NCBI GenBank assembly: GCA_951406725.2
Contig: OX597830.1
Location: forward strand, 25,978,001-26,042,000
From: Octopus vulgaris
Taxonomy: Eukaryota
DNA length: 64,000 bases
Reading direction: 5' to 3'
Below the pieces are notes generated by a model. That model saw only the letters and a program-made list of their open reading frames with translations, had not been told where the DNA came from and made no database searches. Positions 1 to 13,620 of the stretch are shown one piece after another. Position 1 is the stretch's first letter. Each line of letters opens with the position of its first letter. Both the position numbers and the translations under genes were made by a program.

Positions 1-156
1 TATATATATATATATAATATATATATATATATATTATAATATAAATTTAAATTTAAAATGAGGGTGAGAAATTAGTTATTAATTTAATTAACATCGATTT
101 CACACCAGTGGTCTAGCATATAAAAAAAAAACTGAAGGTTCAGTAAAATTGTATTA

Positions 157-346
157 TATACATATTAGAGGGAAACTACTATGTGGACACCCTTATGCTA
201 GAAATAGATCCACTATGGTTTTATTACTAAGAAATGTTCTCAAGAAAAATTTAGCAAACTTGAGAACATTTCTTAGTGGTAAGACCGTAGCGGATCTATT
301 TCTAGCATAAGGTTGTCCACATAGTGGTTTCCCTCTAATATGTATA
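157..346. repeat. Inverted repeat, about 88-bp arms with a 14-nt spacer
   Basis: 157-244 is the reverse complement of 259-346 with a few substitutions. Confidence 0.9.
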
Positions 347-389
347 TATTATAATATATATATATTTATATTATAATATATATATTGTA

Positions 390-431
<42 letters not shown>

Positions 432-444
432 TATATATATATGT

Positions 445-512
<68 letters not shown>

Positions 513-1806
513 ATATATATATATGAATATATATAAATAAATATATATATATAAATGTGTCTGTGTGTTATGTATATATTTTTGTGTATGGTCACGTAAT
601 TGAGCTTGTCTCCCACCACCGCCTGACAACTGGTGTTGGTTTGTTTATGTCCACTGTCCTGGATTTGTACTTTTTTATTGACCCCACCCCAACAGGTTGA
701 AAAGAACAGTTGATGCTGGAGGTTTTTGGATTCAGACCCTAGAGTGCTGAGTCAAATACCGTGAGGTATTGAAAAGAACGTGAAAGTGGCCGAATATTCC
801 ACAGACACGTTTAACCTTAACCTAGTTCCCAGGGAGATTCAACGTGATACAGAATGTGACAAGGTTGCCCCTTTCAATTACAGGTATTGATGATTTTTGC
901 CAGATGAGTAGACTGAAGTGATGTGAAATAAAGTATCTTGCACAAGCACTCAACGTGCCGCCGGAAATCGAACTCGCAAGATTACGATAGTGAGCTGAAC
1001 ACCCTACCCACTTAGCCACGCGCCTTCACACATACATACGCAAGCATCAATCTTATATATGCATATGTGTGTGTGTGTATGTATGTGTGTGTTTGTGTGC
1101 GTGCGCGTGTATGTGTGTATGTGTGTGGGTATATATTCATGGATACCTCTGGGATGCTTGTGGTGCTATATAAATATGAGTTTGCGTCTGTATGTATTCG
1201 TACATGTAGTTACTTTATGTATCACACACATACATAAATATATGTATAAATACACACACACACAAACACATTTACATATACACACATAGACACATACATA
1301 CATAGACACATACATACATACATACATACATACATACATACATACATACATACATACATACATACATACATACATACATACATACATACATACATGTATG
1401 TATATATATATATAATTCCCAAATAGGATAAAATCTTTATCAGAAATTATCAAACAGTTAGCGTGAAAAACATCATAAGGTAAAAATTTATTAATTATTC
1501 TCTTTAAATATATTTATCTATATTAAGGGCATTACTATACATAAATACCTCCACGCTAGGAGGGACTCTTAAAGTAAAAACTACAATAATAAATACATTG
1601 TACCAAACGCGAGGGAATGCAACTCTCGAAGCAAGCCTTTTAAAAACAGATTTAGCTGCAGATCATATGATTTCATAATTATGCACAAAGAAAAAAGAAT
1701 ATATATATATATAGTTAATCCAAACATGAAAACACAAAGAGAAAACACAACAACGCGAGGACGTGGAACAAATTATTGGACGCTCAGGAAGAAAGGAAGA
1801 AGGAGG

Positions 1807-1841
1807 GTTTTACGTTTCGAGCGGATCTCTTCGTCAGAAAC
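1807..1841 (-). ncRNA. Minimal type I hammerhead ribozyme
   Basis: Minus strand GTTT CTGACGA A GAG-atccg-CTC GAAA CG TA AAAC: stem I GTTT/AAAC, CUGANGA and GAAA cores, palindromic ACGT stem III, GUA cleavage triplet. Confidence 0.75.
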
Positions 1842-2020
1842 ATAGGAAAAGGAAAGATCCAGAAAAGGGAAGACGGAGGAAAAAAATCGCCAACGGTACA
1901 CACGCGGTCACATTTTGAATATATACTTAAATATTATTCGTCTGAAATCTTCAGTCTGTTAGATATATCAAACCCTACCCATTATATTATATTCACTTTG
2001 TTTATCAGCATAATTACCTC

Positions 2021-2239
2021 TACGAGGTGGTGCTGACAATTTCCTGGCTTTGGGTAAAAGAAAATACAGGAGGATTAGTTAATTATGATTTTATTCAGCA
2101 TTTTCTCTCTCAAATTCACACACGTATTGCAGCGGTCCTTCAGTTTTTTTATGCCTTGTAAAAGCACTCGGGTATTTGGTGTTCCAGCCACGCCTTTCGT
2201 GATACCTTAAAATCAGGAGCTTTTCACCACCTTCTCATA
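2021..2239 (-). mobile_element. Mariner-derived MITE
   Basis: Imperfect TIRs tacgaggtggtgctgacaatttcctggcttt / aaaatcaggagcttttcaccaccttctcata with TA ends. Internal LKDRCNTCVNL resembles the mariner C-terminus. Confidence 0.65.
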
Positions 2240-2832
2240 TATTCATGCGTGTGTGTGTGTGTATATATATATCTACGTTGTATAAAAATTCTACAATTTG
2301 TATAGTTGTTCATTTTTACAGCTTTATAGCTATCATATGCATGCACATTGAAAAAACGTATGTAACATTTTTCAAATATAATCCCCAGTCGGCCATTGGT
2401 TGTCGTAGTTGTTAATGTTTCTGTTGTTGTTGCTGTTGGTGGTAATTCCCAGATCATTTCTGATCGCAGAGCTAACATCAAACACATTCCTACCGTAAGC
2501 ATTTTCGTATATCTATATATATCCTAATGTCACCTATCTGGATTCAGTACGACTAACCAATGAAAAGACACAGCAACAATGTTTCTCACGCAACTGAGAT
2601 ATGCATCCGGCATTGTAAAGCTACGTTGATTGGACCGACGGTAGTTATGTGTTTTCAATGAAGACAGCATAGCGACAGTAAAACCATACACATTCCAGCC
2701 TTTTTGTTATCAAAACTGTCATTCTCTTACATAACTTCACCTCTCTCGGTTAAAGTTAACCCGCACTTCTACTCTTTTGTATACAAACACTCTTTGTTTC
2801 TTTCTGTCCTTCGTTGCTTTGTTCGTGTGTTG

Positions 2833-2960
<128 letters not shown>

Positions 2961-3149
2961 GTTTGTCACTCTTTCTCAAATGCTCGCACAAGCTTGCAAA
3001 TACACAAACAGAGCCAGCAAGTGCCTATATCTAAGGTGTAGTTATTAGAAGCTAACATCATTGAATACAAATAAAAAAAAATACATGTATGTGTGTGCGA
3101 GTGAGTGTGTGAAAGAGTGTGTATATACATACATACCTACATACATAAA

Positions 3150-3252
<103 letters not shown>

Positions 3253-3446
3253 TTTATTCTTTTCTTTTACGGGTTTCAGTCATTTGACTATGGCCATATT
3301 GGAGCACCGCCTTAAAGGGTGTTAGTCGATTTCTTCGACTCCCAGGACTTATTCTTTTAAAGCCTATTATTCTATCGGTCTCTTATCACGAACCGCTAGG
3401 TTACGGCGACATAAATACACCAGCATCGGTTTGAAGACAACTTTAC

Positions 3447-3868
3447 CTTTGCAGTCTAGACAGGTGACTGGCTGAATTGCTTCAGGGTCGGACTAATGAC
3501 TTGTGATATTTGTTAAGAATTCTTTATGTCCTCAGTACAAAACACGTCGTGGCTTACTTCGGTGTTAGGTCTGATCTGTTGTTCGTTATAATGCCATCAC
3601 CCACACAACTTGAGGGTCCTTAGCAGAGTCCACTCTGTTATAAATATTAAAGAAAGATCAATGGTTTAAGGGTATTTTTCTCCTTTCATAACCCAGTCTC
3701 GAAAGTCCTTAAGAAAGCTGTTATGAGCTGTAGTCTTTCCTTGAACCACACCTAACAAAATGTTTGTCACACAGGGGAAGGCAAAAGGAAAAAAATCAGA
3801 TTGACCATTCTTGATAAACTCATTAACAGCAAACACATATTGTATACTAGTCGAAACCACCATGGTAA
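3447..3868 (-). pseudogene. Exon-like segment with canonical splice sites and internal stops
   Basis: Acceptor ttttttctttcattcgcag| and donor AAG|gtaaag. The first 66 or so codons are open (MVVSTSIQYVFAVNEFIKNGQSDFFPFAFPC..), then stops occur. Confidence 0.3.
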
Positions 3869-6231
3869 CTGCGAATGAAAGAAAAAACTGTAAAATCTCA
3901 GGCGGCCTGGGTTCAATCTCTGGGATGAGAATAGAATTTTAATAAGGATGCCCCAGCCTGGCTGAAACCAATAAAAAAAAAAAAAGAATTAGCTTCAAGA
4001 AGAAATCGTTGCCACCCGTCTAACTAGCACCAAACCAGCGACCTTGGGAAATATATTTTCTATCACACCTTGTACAAGAAAGTTTATGATAAAACCAGTT
4101 CTGAAATGCTGCCAAGAGTATTTCTGTCTTACATAGAATTATACCGGAATGTGGGGACCTGCGTTTGTGATGTTTGGTAGTTGCCTGATACAATAAACTG
4201 GGTTGGTTATTCCTTGTTTCTATATTTGGTCCAACATCTGTAAATGCTAAACTGTGGGCAAGAACGGAGAATTGGCAGAATCGTTACAGTATCGGACAGA
4301 ATACGTTGTGGTAGTTGATCCGATTCTCTGCATTCTGAGATCAAACGCCGCCGAAGTCAACTTTGCTTTTCATCCTTTCAAGGTCAATAAAGAAAGTACT
4401 ATCAATTACGGAGGACTGGCCGAAATGTAAGAACGTCAGACCAGTTGCTTTGCGGTATTTGTTCTCGCTTTAGCCGTACGAGTTGAGATGTCGCCTGGAC
4501 TTCTTGACTAGTAGTCTTAGTTCATAACCCAATTTAACACAGCCACCTGGCATCGTGAGTATCTTTAGGATGGTCTACTCTCTTCCAACCATTCGGGTCA
4601 TAACTCGTATCTAAGACCTCTGTAAATTGTCCGCCTCACAAAAAACAAAAAAGAGGTAAAGAATATTGTATTGCTTTCAATTATCATAATGACGGCGATT
4701 TACCGAATCATTAGTGCGTCGGACAAAAGTTTAGCGATATTTCTTTTGACCCCACGTGGAGTTTAAATTCTACCGATCAAATTTGTCTTTTCGGCATCGA
4801 TGAAATAAGTATTTGTCATGTATTGGAGGTTGATGATATGGACTGCGGCCCTCCCTCCTTTTAAGATCGTTGACCTACTGTATAAATAGCGAGCCAATAA
4901 TTTTATTATTATCCTTTAGCTATATATTATCTTTAAATGTACTTATGTGTGTGTGTGTGTGTGTGTGTGAGTGTGTGTAAAGTTATTTTATTCTACGTAA
5001 ACAATGCTAATGAAATTATTTTGCATTCACCAAAGTAGTGGAAAGAATTGAAATTAATTAGATTAAGTCTTCCTATGTTAATTATCATTAAGCGATAAAG
5101 TGTTTAGCATACATTTGAGGTACTTCCAAACAACGTAGATCCACTGACCTGGGAATTATGTGGGAAAAAAATCAAAACAGAAAAAAACTCACATTAACTG
5201 AAGGCAACTGGTTTTAAAAGTACATAGAGTCAATGATCCGTTACATTTTCTCGTGAACTAAAACCATTACAGTGAGCAAAAACGATGTAATATGGATTCT
5301 TGTAACGGAAAACGAAACTAAGTACACGTGCACTATTAGTGTATATAGAAGACAACGCTGGCACGCTCGTTTCTATTTACGTTTACTCTGGATTCGGTTT
5401 TGTCTGCCTGAATGTCTGCTGCTCAGCTCGAATGCATACTTTCATCGATTTGTACGTGTTAAAATGATTTGTCTATCATGCGAAACGTTAGCTTTTAAAT
5501 AGACCATAAAGGTGTCTCTGTGCGGTCGCGCTAAATGACAAGAATGAAAATCAACGAACCTTTAAATCATAGAATAGATTTCGATTACAAAAAAGTAGCA
5601 CACATTGAATATATCCGTGAACAGAAACGGTAGGATGGCCATGTGTGGAACACTTTTTTTGGTATTGATCTGTGTAATTAGGGATGATCCTGGAACAACA
5701 ACAACTAGGCTTTTAACAAATGAATTAACAAAGAAACCTTAGTAAGGTCGCTTACCTGCGAGAAAACAACCAGTTCCGTTTCAAATCAAAGGAAGAACAA
5801 AATGTGCAAACACAACAACAACAACAACAACTATCTTTTGCTCCATATCAGATCAACATTATATTTCCATTAGCAGAAACACGGTAACAGTAATATTTTC
5901 TACTCTAGGAACAAGGCCCGAAATTTTGTGGGAATGGGTCAGTCGATTAGATCGATCCCAGTACGCAACTGGTACTTAATTTATCAACCCCGAAAGAATG
6001 AAAGGCAAAGTCGACCGCGGCGGAATTTGAACTCGGATCGTAAAGACAGACTAAATGCTGCTGAGCATTTGCTAACGTTTCTGCCAGCTCGCCGTCTTAA
6101 ATACGGCACAATAATGCAATACATTATAATGTATTGTATGTCAGGACATCACAGTCATTTCAGATGTTACTTTTCATCATCTTACGCTGGCGCTGTCTGT
6201 CATCTGCCATTCTGACGGATGCAACATGACC

Positions 6232-6262
<31 letters not shown>

Positions 6263-6356
6263 ATGATATGATATGATATATTGGATTCTCTTGTTTACAA
6301 ATACCTAGGAGAAAAAAGTCAGATTATCGCTGATTAAATGGAAATGCTCAAATTCT

Positions 6357-6668
6357 TCACCATTTCTCCTTTCTGCAAGAAATACTTAACGATGATTGTG
6401 AATCCGCTTCATGGATATGCAGAATATACAAAGCTAAGAAGACCTTTCTTGAGTGAATAATTTTCTGCCAAAGTTCTTCCGTACAATCTAGATATGTTTC
6501 GCTAAAACCAGATGCAGTCTTCCACAATATGGTAAATTCGCTACGGACAATTTCACTCAAAGCATCTAACAAAACCGCAAAGGCATCATTCGAAAGGGAA
6601 ATTTCTCTTATTAAAATAGATTCGGTATGCTCCTTGAAGTTAAACATTCCTTTTATCAATCATCCTTT
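6357..6668 (-). pseudogene. Exon-like coding segment, possibly death-fold
   Basis: Non-repetitive 100-aa frame ..AFAVLLDALSEIVRSEFTILWKTASGFSETYLDCTEELWQKIIHSRKVFLALYIL.. The helical pattern recalls death domains (inference only). Confidence 0.3.
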
Positions 6669-7203
6669 CATCAAATGTATGCATGTATGTATGTATGTAT
6701 GTATGTATGTATGTATGTATGTATGTATGTATGTATGTATGCCATTATTCAGTTTTATTTCAAGAATTATTGTCAATAGAGAAAGAGTCGATTTCTAACC
6801 TAGATTCAAGACTCCTTCATTGGCATTTCAATATCAACAGGGAATTTTTCTATGTATGTATGCATGTAGATTTGTACGTTTTGTCTTATGATGTCTTCTA
6901 ACCATACACTTGCGTTTCTAGACATGCTGTATGTATGTGTGAGTATGTATGTATTTATGTATGTATGTATGTATGTATGTATGTATGTATGTATGTATGT
7001 ATGTATGTATGTATGTATGTATGTATACATGTATGTACGTATGTATGTATGTTATTCAGTTTTATTACAAGATTTCTTGTCAATAGAGATGGACCCGGTT
7101 TATAACCTAGATTCAAGGATCCTTCATTGGAATTTTCACAACATCGACAGGTTTTTTTGTATGTATGCACGTGTGTATGTATGTATGTATGTATGTATGT
7201 ATG

Positions 7204-7234
<31 letters not shown>

Positions 7235-7271
7235 GTATGTATGTATGTATTTATGTATGTGCGTATATATG

Positions 7272-7855
7272 TATAAGGACTTGCTGAAGGCTTCCTTAAG
7301 AGATGCTTGCATCTCTCCTGACACATGGGAAGGCATAGCTATTGATCGTAGCAGGTGGAGAAGGACTGTGCATGAGGGGACAACCACTTTTGAGAAATCT
7401 CGAGTTGCACATGAGAAAGTAAGGAGGGATGTCAGGAAGGGCATCGCTGTTACACTTCCAGAAGGGAAAGGTCTTCCTTTGATTCTGACATGCAATGTCT
7501 GGGCAAGACCCTGCCTCAGTAAAGCTGGACTCATGAGTCATCTTCGTAGTCATAAAACGGGACAGATAAGTGACAACCTGGCCACTGGTGGTGGTGTAAC
7601 ACACCATACTAATCATATCTGTCGGGCATGTGGAAGAGAGTGTAATTCGGCAGGAGGACTTAAACGACATGCAAAGTTATATGAAGCCCAGTTACAGCTA
7701 CAACCGGCTATTACCAGTAAAGGTTTAAGTTGCCAATTTTGTACAAGACATTGTAGATCTTTAGCTGGGCTATTAAGTCACATTCGATCACAGCACCAGT
7801 AACAGTTAAGCTTCGTGCAATGGCCATACTCGATAACGAGGGGGCAGCCATAATA
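7272..7855 (+). mobile_element. 3' end of an RTE-type LINE with C-terminal C2H2 zinc fingers
   Basis: KDLLKASL..ISPDTWEGIAIDRSRWRRTVHEG is the typical RTE ORF C-terminus, followed by three CxxC..S..GL..H..H-like units and a stop at 7802. Inserted in (TATG)n. Confidence 0.8.
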
Positions 7856-7944
7856 ATGTATGTATGTATACGTGCAGATTTGTACGATTTGTTTTTATGT
7901 ACGTCTTCTCATGCATTCATTTATATATCTAGACATGCTGTGTG

Positions 7945-7978
<34 letters not shown>

Positions 7979-8069
7979 TGTATGTATGTATGTATGTATG
8001 TATGTATGTATGTATGTATGTATGTTTGCATGCATGTGTGTGTGTGTGTGTGTGTGTGCTTGTGTGTGA

Positions 8070-8421
8070 TTTAGAGAAAATTTGTCTGCAACGTCTAACA
8101 AGTCGTATGCCCTGGTAGAAACCATCCTTCGTTGGCTCCAAGTAAACTTTGTCACCGTTGTGTATTCCTAGAGCAGTCGCAGTCGAACAAAACTTTAATG
8201 AAAGGTGTTCTTGATATAATGGCGCCATTTTCACTCTTTTGTATACGAAGAATTATATTGTCCCATAATGAAGACGATAACGTGGGATTGTGAGAGATTT
8301 AGCTGTTATTTTCAGCATGTTGAGTAAGCATATATCGTATCTCTGTTGAATAAAATTGCTGATGTGCAATGATGAACAATTCTTTATTACCCTTCCTGTC
8401 TCGCATCCCTTCACCTCTCTC
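8070..8421 (-). pseudogene. Exon-like decayed coding segment, possibly ubiquitin-like fold
   Basis: Acceptor ccttgtttctatag|G. About 115 codons in one frame with a single TAA: REVKGCETG..PRYRLHYGTI*FFVYKRVKMAPLYQEHLSLKFCSTATALGIHNGDKVYLEP. Confidence 0.35.
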
Positions 8422-8575
8422 CTATAGAAACAAGGAATCGACACCAGTACTTTTTTTTTATTAAGCCCGGTACTCATTCTATATTTACCGAACCACTATG
8501 TTACGGGGACATAAATAAATCAGCACTGGTTGTTAAGCGATGATGGGGAACAAACAAAATCACATACACAAACGT

Positions 8576-8613
<38 letters not shown>

Positions 8614-9404
8614 GTACGACGGGCTTCTCTCAGTTTCTGTCAACCAAATACACTAACAAAGATTTGGTCGATCCGAGGATATGATAGCAGACACTTCCCC
8701 AACAAGCCATGCAGTAGGACTGAACCTGGAACCATGCGGTTGGAAAGCAAGCTTCTTTCCACACAGCCAAGCCAAGGTTATTGAACGAAAATAATATTAT
8801 TACTCTAAACAAACACAAAAACAAATCAAGAAAAAGAAACAATCACTCAAGTTGTAAATCGCGTTATTAAAGGTCAAGGTATGAAGGCTATGAATAACAG
8901 AACATAGGTGGAGTTAGGTGGAAAGCAGAAGAAATACGATATAACAAAACTTAAGCGTGATACAGTGCGAGTATTTGGTAAATGTCATGTTTACGTATTT
9001 TATCATAATCAGTGAGAAGATTCTTTACAGCAACGAGTTGTAAAACAGCAGCAGAGAACCTTTGAAACAGCGGCGAGGATTTCAAGAATAAAATGTCTTT
9101 GGAGTGTTTATTTAAACTTGTATCTGTCCCAAACGTTTGCATAAGTTTACCTTGTTTTCAAAATTTTAGTTAAACCTTTGTATCATACGTTCTGTAAGCA
9201 CACCAGCATCGGTTGTCAAGCGATGCTGGGGGGACAAACACAGGTACACAAACATATACATATACATATGTATATATCACCGTGATCACCGTGACCGACC
9301 AGGCTATCAGATGTTGCTACACATCGCTGGTCACAATACGCTTCGCATTGTTTTAGCCTTCAAATGACGCCACCCCGCTGGCTAAGCGAGCAGACCACAT
9401 ATGC

Positions 9405-9493
<89 letters not shown>

Positions 9494-9989
9494 TGTGTGT
9501 ATGCATCACGGGCTTCTTTCAGTTTCCTTCTACCAAATCCACTCACAAGGCTGTTTTCGGCCCGAGGCTATAGTAGAAGACATTTGCCCAAGGTACCACG
9601 CCATGTCGTTGGTAAGCAAGCTACTTACCACACAGCGACTCCTACGCCACTCCTATATATATATTATGTGGTAATTCTTCAACAAGTAGAAAAGCGCTGG
9701 ATCAGCTAAGAAAGTAAAAATAATATTCCAATAAATACTCACAAATCTTGTAATTACATCTACGCAGGTTTTCCTGGTCGAAATAACAATTTATTCCACT
9801 GTTTATCAAGCTGAAAAGAAAACCGTTTGTCAGTTGTCTTTTGAGGAGATAATGTTTAAACAAAAGACGCTGATAAAAATGAAGACAAGAAGAAAAACAA
9901 AAGGGCGATGACCAACGTTACAAGAAATCAATGTCAAGCAGACGTAAACCAGATGTTAATGGTTTACTAAGTGTCTGGTGGCTTACTTT

Positions 9990-10340
9990 TAAATTCCGGC
10001 AAAATGGAATTCCTGAAATGCTGACATATATAAAATATAAATTCTTCGAATTTAAGTATTTGTTGGAGGTTCTCAAGTTTTTTAATAGATACAGTTTTTC
10101 ACGAGAACACACTGAACGTTTTTAGACCCGTTAATATAGGGTCTGAATTTAAAGTGGACGTTCTATTTGAGACAAAATTGATTCCTTCAACTTTAAAGTT
10201 TCCAGAGTTAACCCGAAAAGGTTGTTGAACATCTCTTAACATGCTGCCTAATGTTCGAAAGATGGTTGTTATATCTAGTTTTAAATTTTTCTTCCAGTGT
10301 TCCGATATAACATTTGATATCGTTACGACAATTGTCGTAG
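9990..10340 (-). mobile_element. Degraded Penelope-like GIY-YIG fragment
   Basis: KCYIGTLEEKFKTRYNNHLSNIR..STTFS and CSREKLYLLK..YLNSKN align with the 38146-38577 domain. Confidence 0.7.
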
Positions 10341-10849
10341 TTCATCGTAGTACATACATATAAAATTACAATACACATACGTATACACACACACACACAC
10401 ACACACATATACATGTGAAGAAAAGGATCAAAGTCCTTCCGAGCAATAGACTCATAAGGCCGATTCCCCGGATTATGTGTCACTCAACCCGGATGGGACG
10501 CCGGTCCGTTGCAGCGTTGCCAGTTGAATGGACAGGAGCAAACGTGAAATGAAGTGTTTTGCTCAAGAACACACTGCACCACCCAGCCCACGAATAGAAA
10601 TCACAAACTTATGATCATGAGTGCAACACCCTAAACAAAAATCGATGCACCTCGAAACATACACACACACACATGCACACGCACACACACGCACATGCAC
10701 ACACGCACACGCGCGCAACACACATACACACACACATATATGTAAATACAGAAATATTCGTAAATACAGAAATATACATCCTATTACCTAAATGCGCTTA
10801 CACAAACCAAACATACTGATACACGCAAAGATGCATATTTATACGACCC

Positions 10850-10887
<38 letters not shown>

Positions 10888-10893
10888 CACAAA

Positions 10894-10937
<44 letters not shown>

Positions 10938-11253
10938 CGTGCATACGCACACTCACGCATATATAGATTCCCATACGGATGTTTGTTTGATTGATTGCAA
11001 GATAAAACCAATTAACTTCTAACAGTGTTCTCTATTACTGATGGCTTGTCTCTCTGAGCCGCAGAACTAGCCTCGATCAGATGTACACTTGACTTGCGAA
11101 TACATACACACACACATACACACATTCATGCATACATACATACATTCATACATACATACATACATACATACATACAATGCATACATACATACAGGTTCTC
11201 TGCATATACAATTTTAAATATATATATATAATAGGGGGTGGAGGCGAGCCCCG

Positions 11254-11288
<35 letters not shown>

Positions 11289-11392
11289 GATGGATAGAGA
11301 GATAGATATATTTATATTTACATGTATCTACCTATCTTTGTATATATCTATATTTGTATCTAGGTATTTAGCTATCTCTGTGTATTTGTGTG

Positions 11393-11427
<35 letters not shown>

Positions 11428-11454
11428 ACATATATATGTATATATATTTGTATG

Positions 11455-11500
<46 letters not shown>

Positions 11501-11591
11501 TCACCCACAAGGCCACAAGGAATTGTATATATGCACGGCGTAACCACACAAACAAGCAAACACACATACACATACGCACACAACCCGCACA

Positions 11592-11624
<33 letters not shown>

Positions 11625-11881
11625 CCATATATAGATACAATGACAGTTATCATCATAAGAGCTGATGGTTATTACAGAGATAACTTTCTTAATCGAAAAT
11701 TCTTGATTTTTAAATTATACGCAGCAGTGTTCTGTCATATTTTAGCAGCAGATTTCAATGTCTATCTCAATGTTTGGCTGCATTCGTAGCGGTGTATTTG
11801 GCTGAATGCTTATTTAAATGTTCGGCCGAAACTTGGATGTCTGGTTGAGTGTTTGATTAAAAGTTACTTTGAATGTCTGAC

Positions 11882-11886
<5 letters not shown>

Positions 11887-11935
<49 letters not shown>

Positions 11936-12754
11936 CAACTTGTGTGTCTGTGTGTGTATCTGTGTGTATGTGTGTGTGTTTAACTTCCCGGCACATCTCC
12001 TCCTAGCCAACAAATCGTAGAACCACCAAAAATGGGTCACTTAAAGTTTAGGCGAATGAAAATTGAACTGCGCTATTTCTGTTCCGAAATTCATCTCGCA
12101 AGTGCAAAAATCGATAATGTGTTTGTTTAGGCCTTATCCCATGCATTGAATAGTGAACTTTACTCAGTCAGCTGTTTGACGTGAACTGTGTTCACCACGT
12201 GTGCAAGCATGCGTAAATTGCATGAAAAATAAAAAATCAAGATATAAAAACGAATCGCCGTAAACATTATAGAAATTCGGCAAAGAAATGAATTTTCGGG
12301 ATGTAGCCTGGAGGGTTTTTTCGTATTAATCGTTTGGACTTTGTGAACACATACCAATTGTTTTCATAACATTTTTAACGCTTTGAATTAAATGTGACCA
12401 TTTTGCGTTGAGTCTGCAGTTTGAATCACTTTAACCAAATTTTAGCAGGCCGGATTTTTGATCATCACGATACGTCGCCAGCGACTCCCTGAAACTCTCC
12501 CCTGAAATCCCCGTTGTGAAATACTGATCTAAAAGAATAATTCAACAATGCAATTATTTGATCAACAAAAATTTATGAAACGCTTCTATGTACTTCCTAT
12601 TGAGGAAATGGAACACATAAGCGCAAAAATAGAGGGCATTAAATGCTTGATTTTAAAACCAAAATAATTGAATTTTGATTGAACTTCATCCAAATTTAGC
12701 TTAATTCGCGCGTGCATAGAACGCACGAGCGCACGAGCCGGGCAATACTGCTAG
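11887..12754 (+). mobile_element. Non-autonomous Helitron
   Basis: 3' end GCCGGGCAATACTGCTAG|T is nearly identical to that of the 48724 element and is preceded by a GC-rich hairpin. The 5' end is buried in (TA)n followed by a TG-rich stretch. Confidence 0.7.
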
Positions 12755-12766
12755 TATATTTATATA

Positions 12767-12994
12767 TATTGGGTTGGTGCATAATTATTGCGTTTTTTTT
12801 GTTTTTCAAACAAATTTTATTCAACAAAGACAATAAACAACATGTAACAAAAATATTTTAAAATGGTTATTCCGGAGCATATTCACCATCTACTTCAATT
12901 ACTGCTTCCCAGTTGCTTGGCAGACGGTCATACCGTCATTTAAATATATTGTTATTGTTTTTATTGAAAAAGAGCCACAATAATTACGCACTAT
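12767..12994 (-). mobile_element. Mariner-derived MITE
   Basis: TIR tattgggttggtgcataattattgcg / ccacaataattacgcac. Minus strand DRLPSNWEAVIEVDGEY is the mariner C-terminus. Confidence 0.7.
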
Positions 12995-13051
12995 ATATAT
13001 ATAGAATTAGGTTGCCTTGTTAGCAATTTTTCAACCCGAAAGGCAAAAGTA

Positions 13052-13254
13052 TATACGTCACAAAATCAACTAAGAGTTCTGGTCAGCACCAGTATTGCTT
13101 GTAATAGGGGTCAAAACAACTCATACCCACCGTATTCCCTATCTTACTGACTGACAAAGGATACAAACTCCCTATAGTAGTTATGAGTTGTTTTGACTCT
13201 CATTTCTAGCAATGTTGGCTCTGGCTATCGCCCTTAGTTCCTTTAGTGACGTAT
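13052..13254. repeat. Diverged inverted repeat, about 73-bp arms
   Basis: tatacgtcac..gtcaaaacaactcata versus tatgagttgttttgac..gtgacgtat. Confidence 0.8.
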
Positions 13255-13284
13255 TTATGTATATACATACATACATACATAAAC

Positions 13285-13405
<121 letters not shown>

Positions 13406-13409
13406 CATA

Positions 13410-13620
13410 CATATGGACTTGTCTCATTGGTCAAAAATATGTAAGACAATATCTGGTCTTAAAAGACATATGCTAGGTCACAAAACATTCCTTCAGAATC
13501 AAATTCCAAAGGGCAAAGATATAGAAGAAACTTGTAGAATATATGTCACTTGTGATGGGGAGTGGTGTGTGTGTTGAGGGGACGACTATCATCTCTCAAG
13601 ATGAAGCAATCATCATATGT
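13410..13620 (+). mobile_element. Short degenerate RTE-type 3' fragment
   Basis: [19 protein letters not shown] resembles the zinc-finger units of the 7272-7855 element. Confidence 0.4.

Noticed and set aside
6888-7802. 304-aa ORF as a host zinc-finger gene
   Set aside because: The N-terminal part is microsatellite and the remainder is an RTE LINE 3' end with no splice acceptor.
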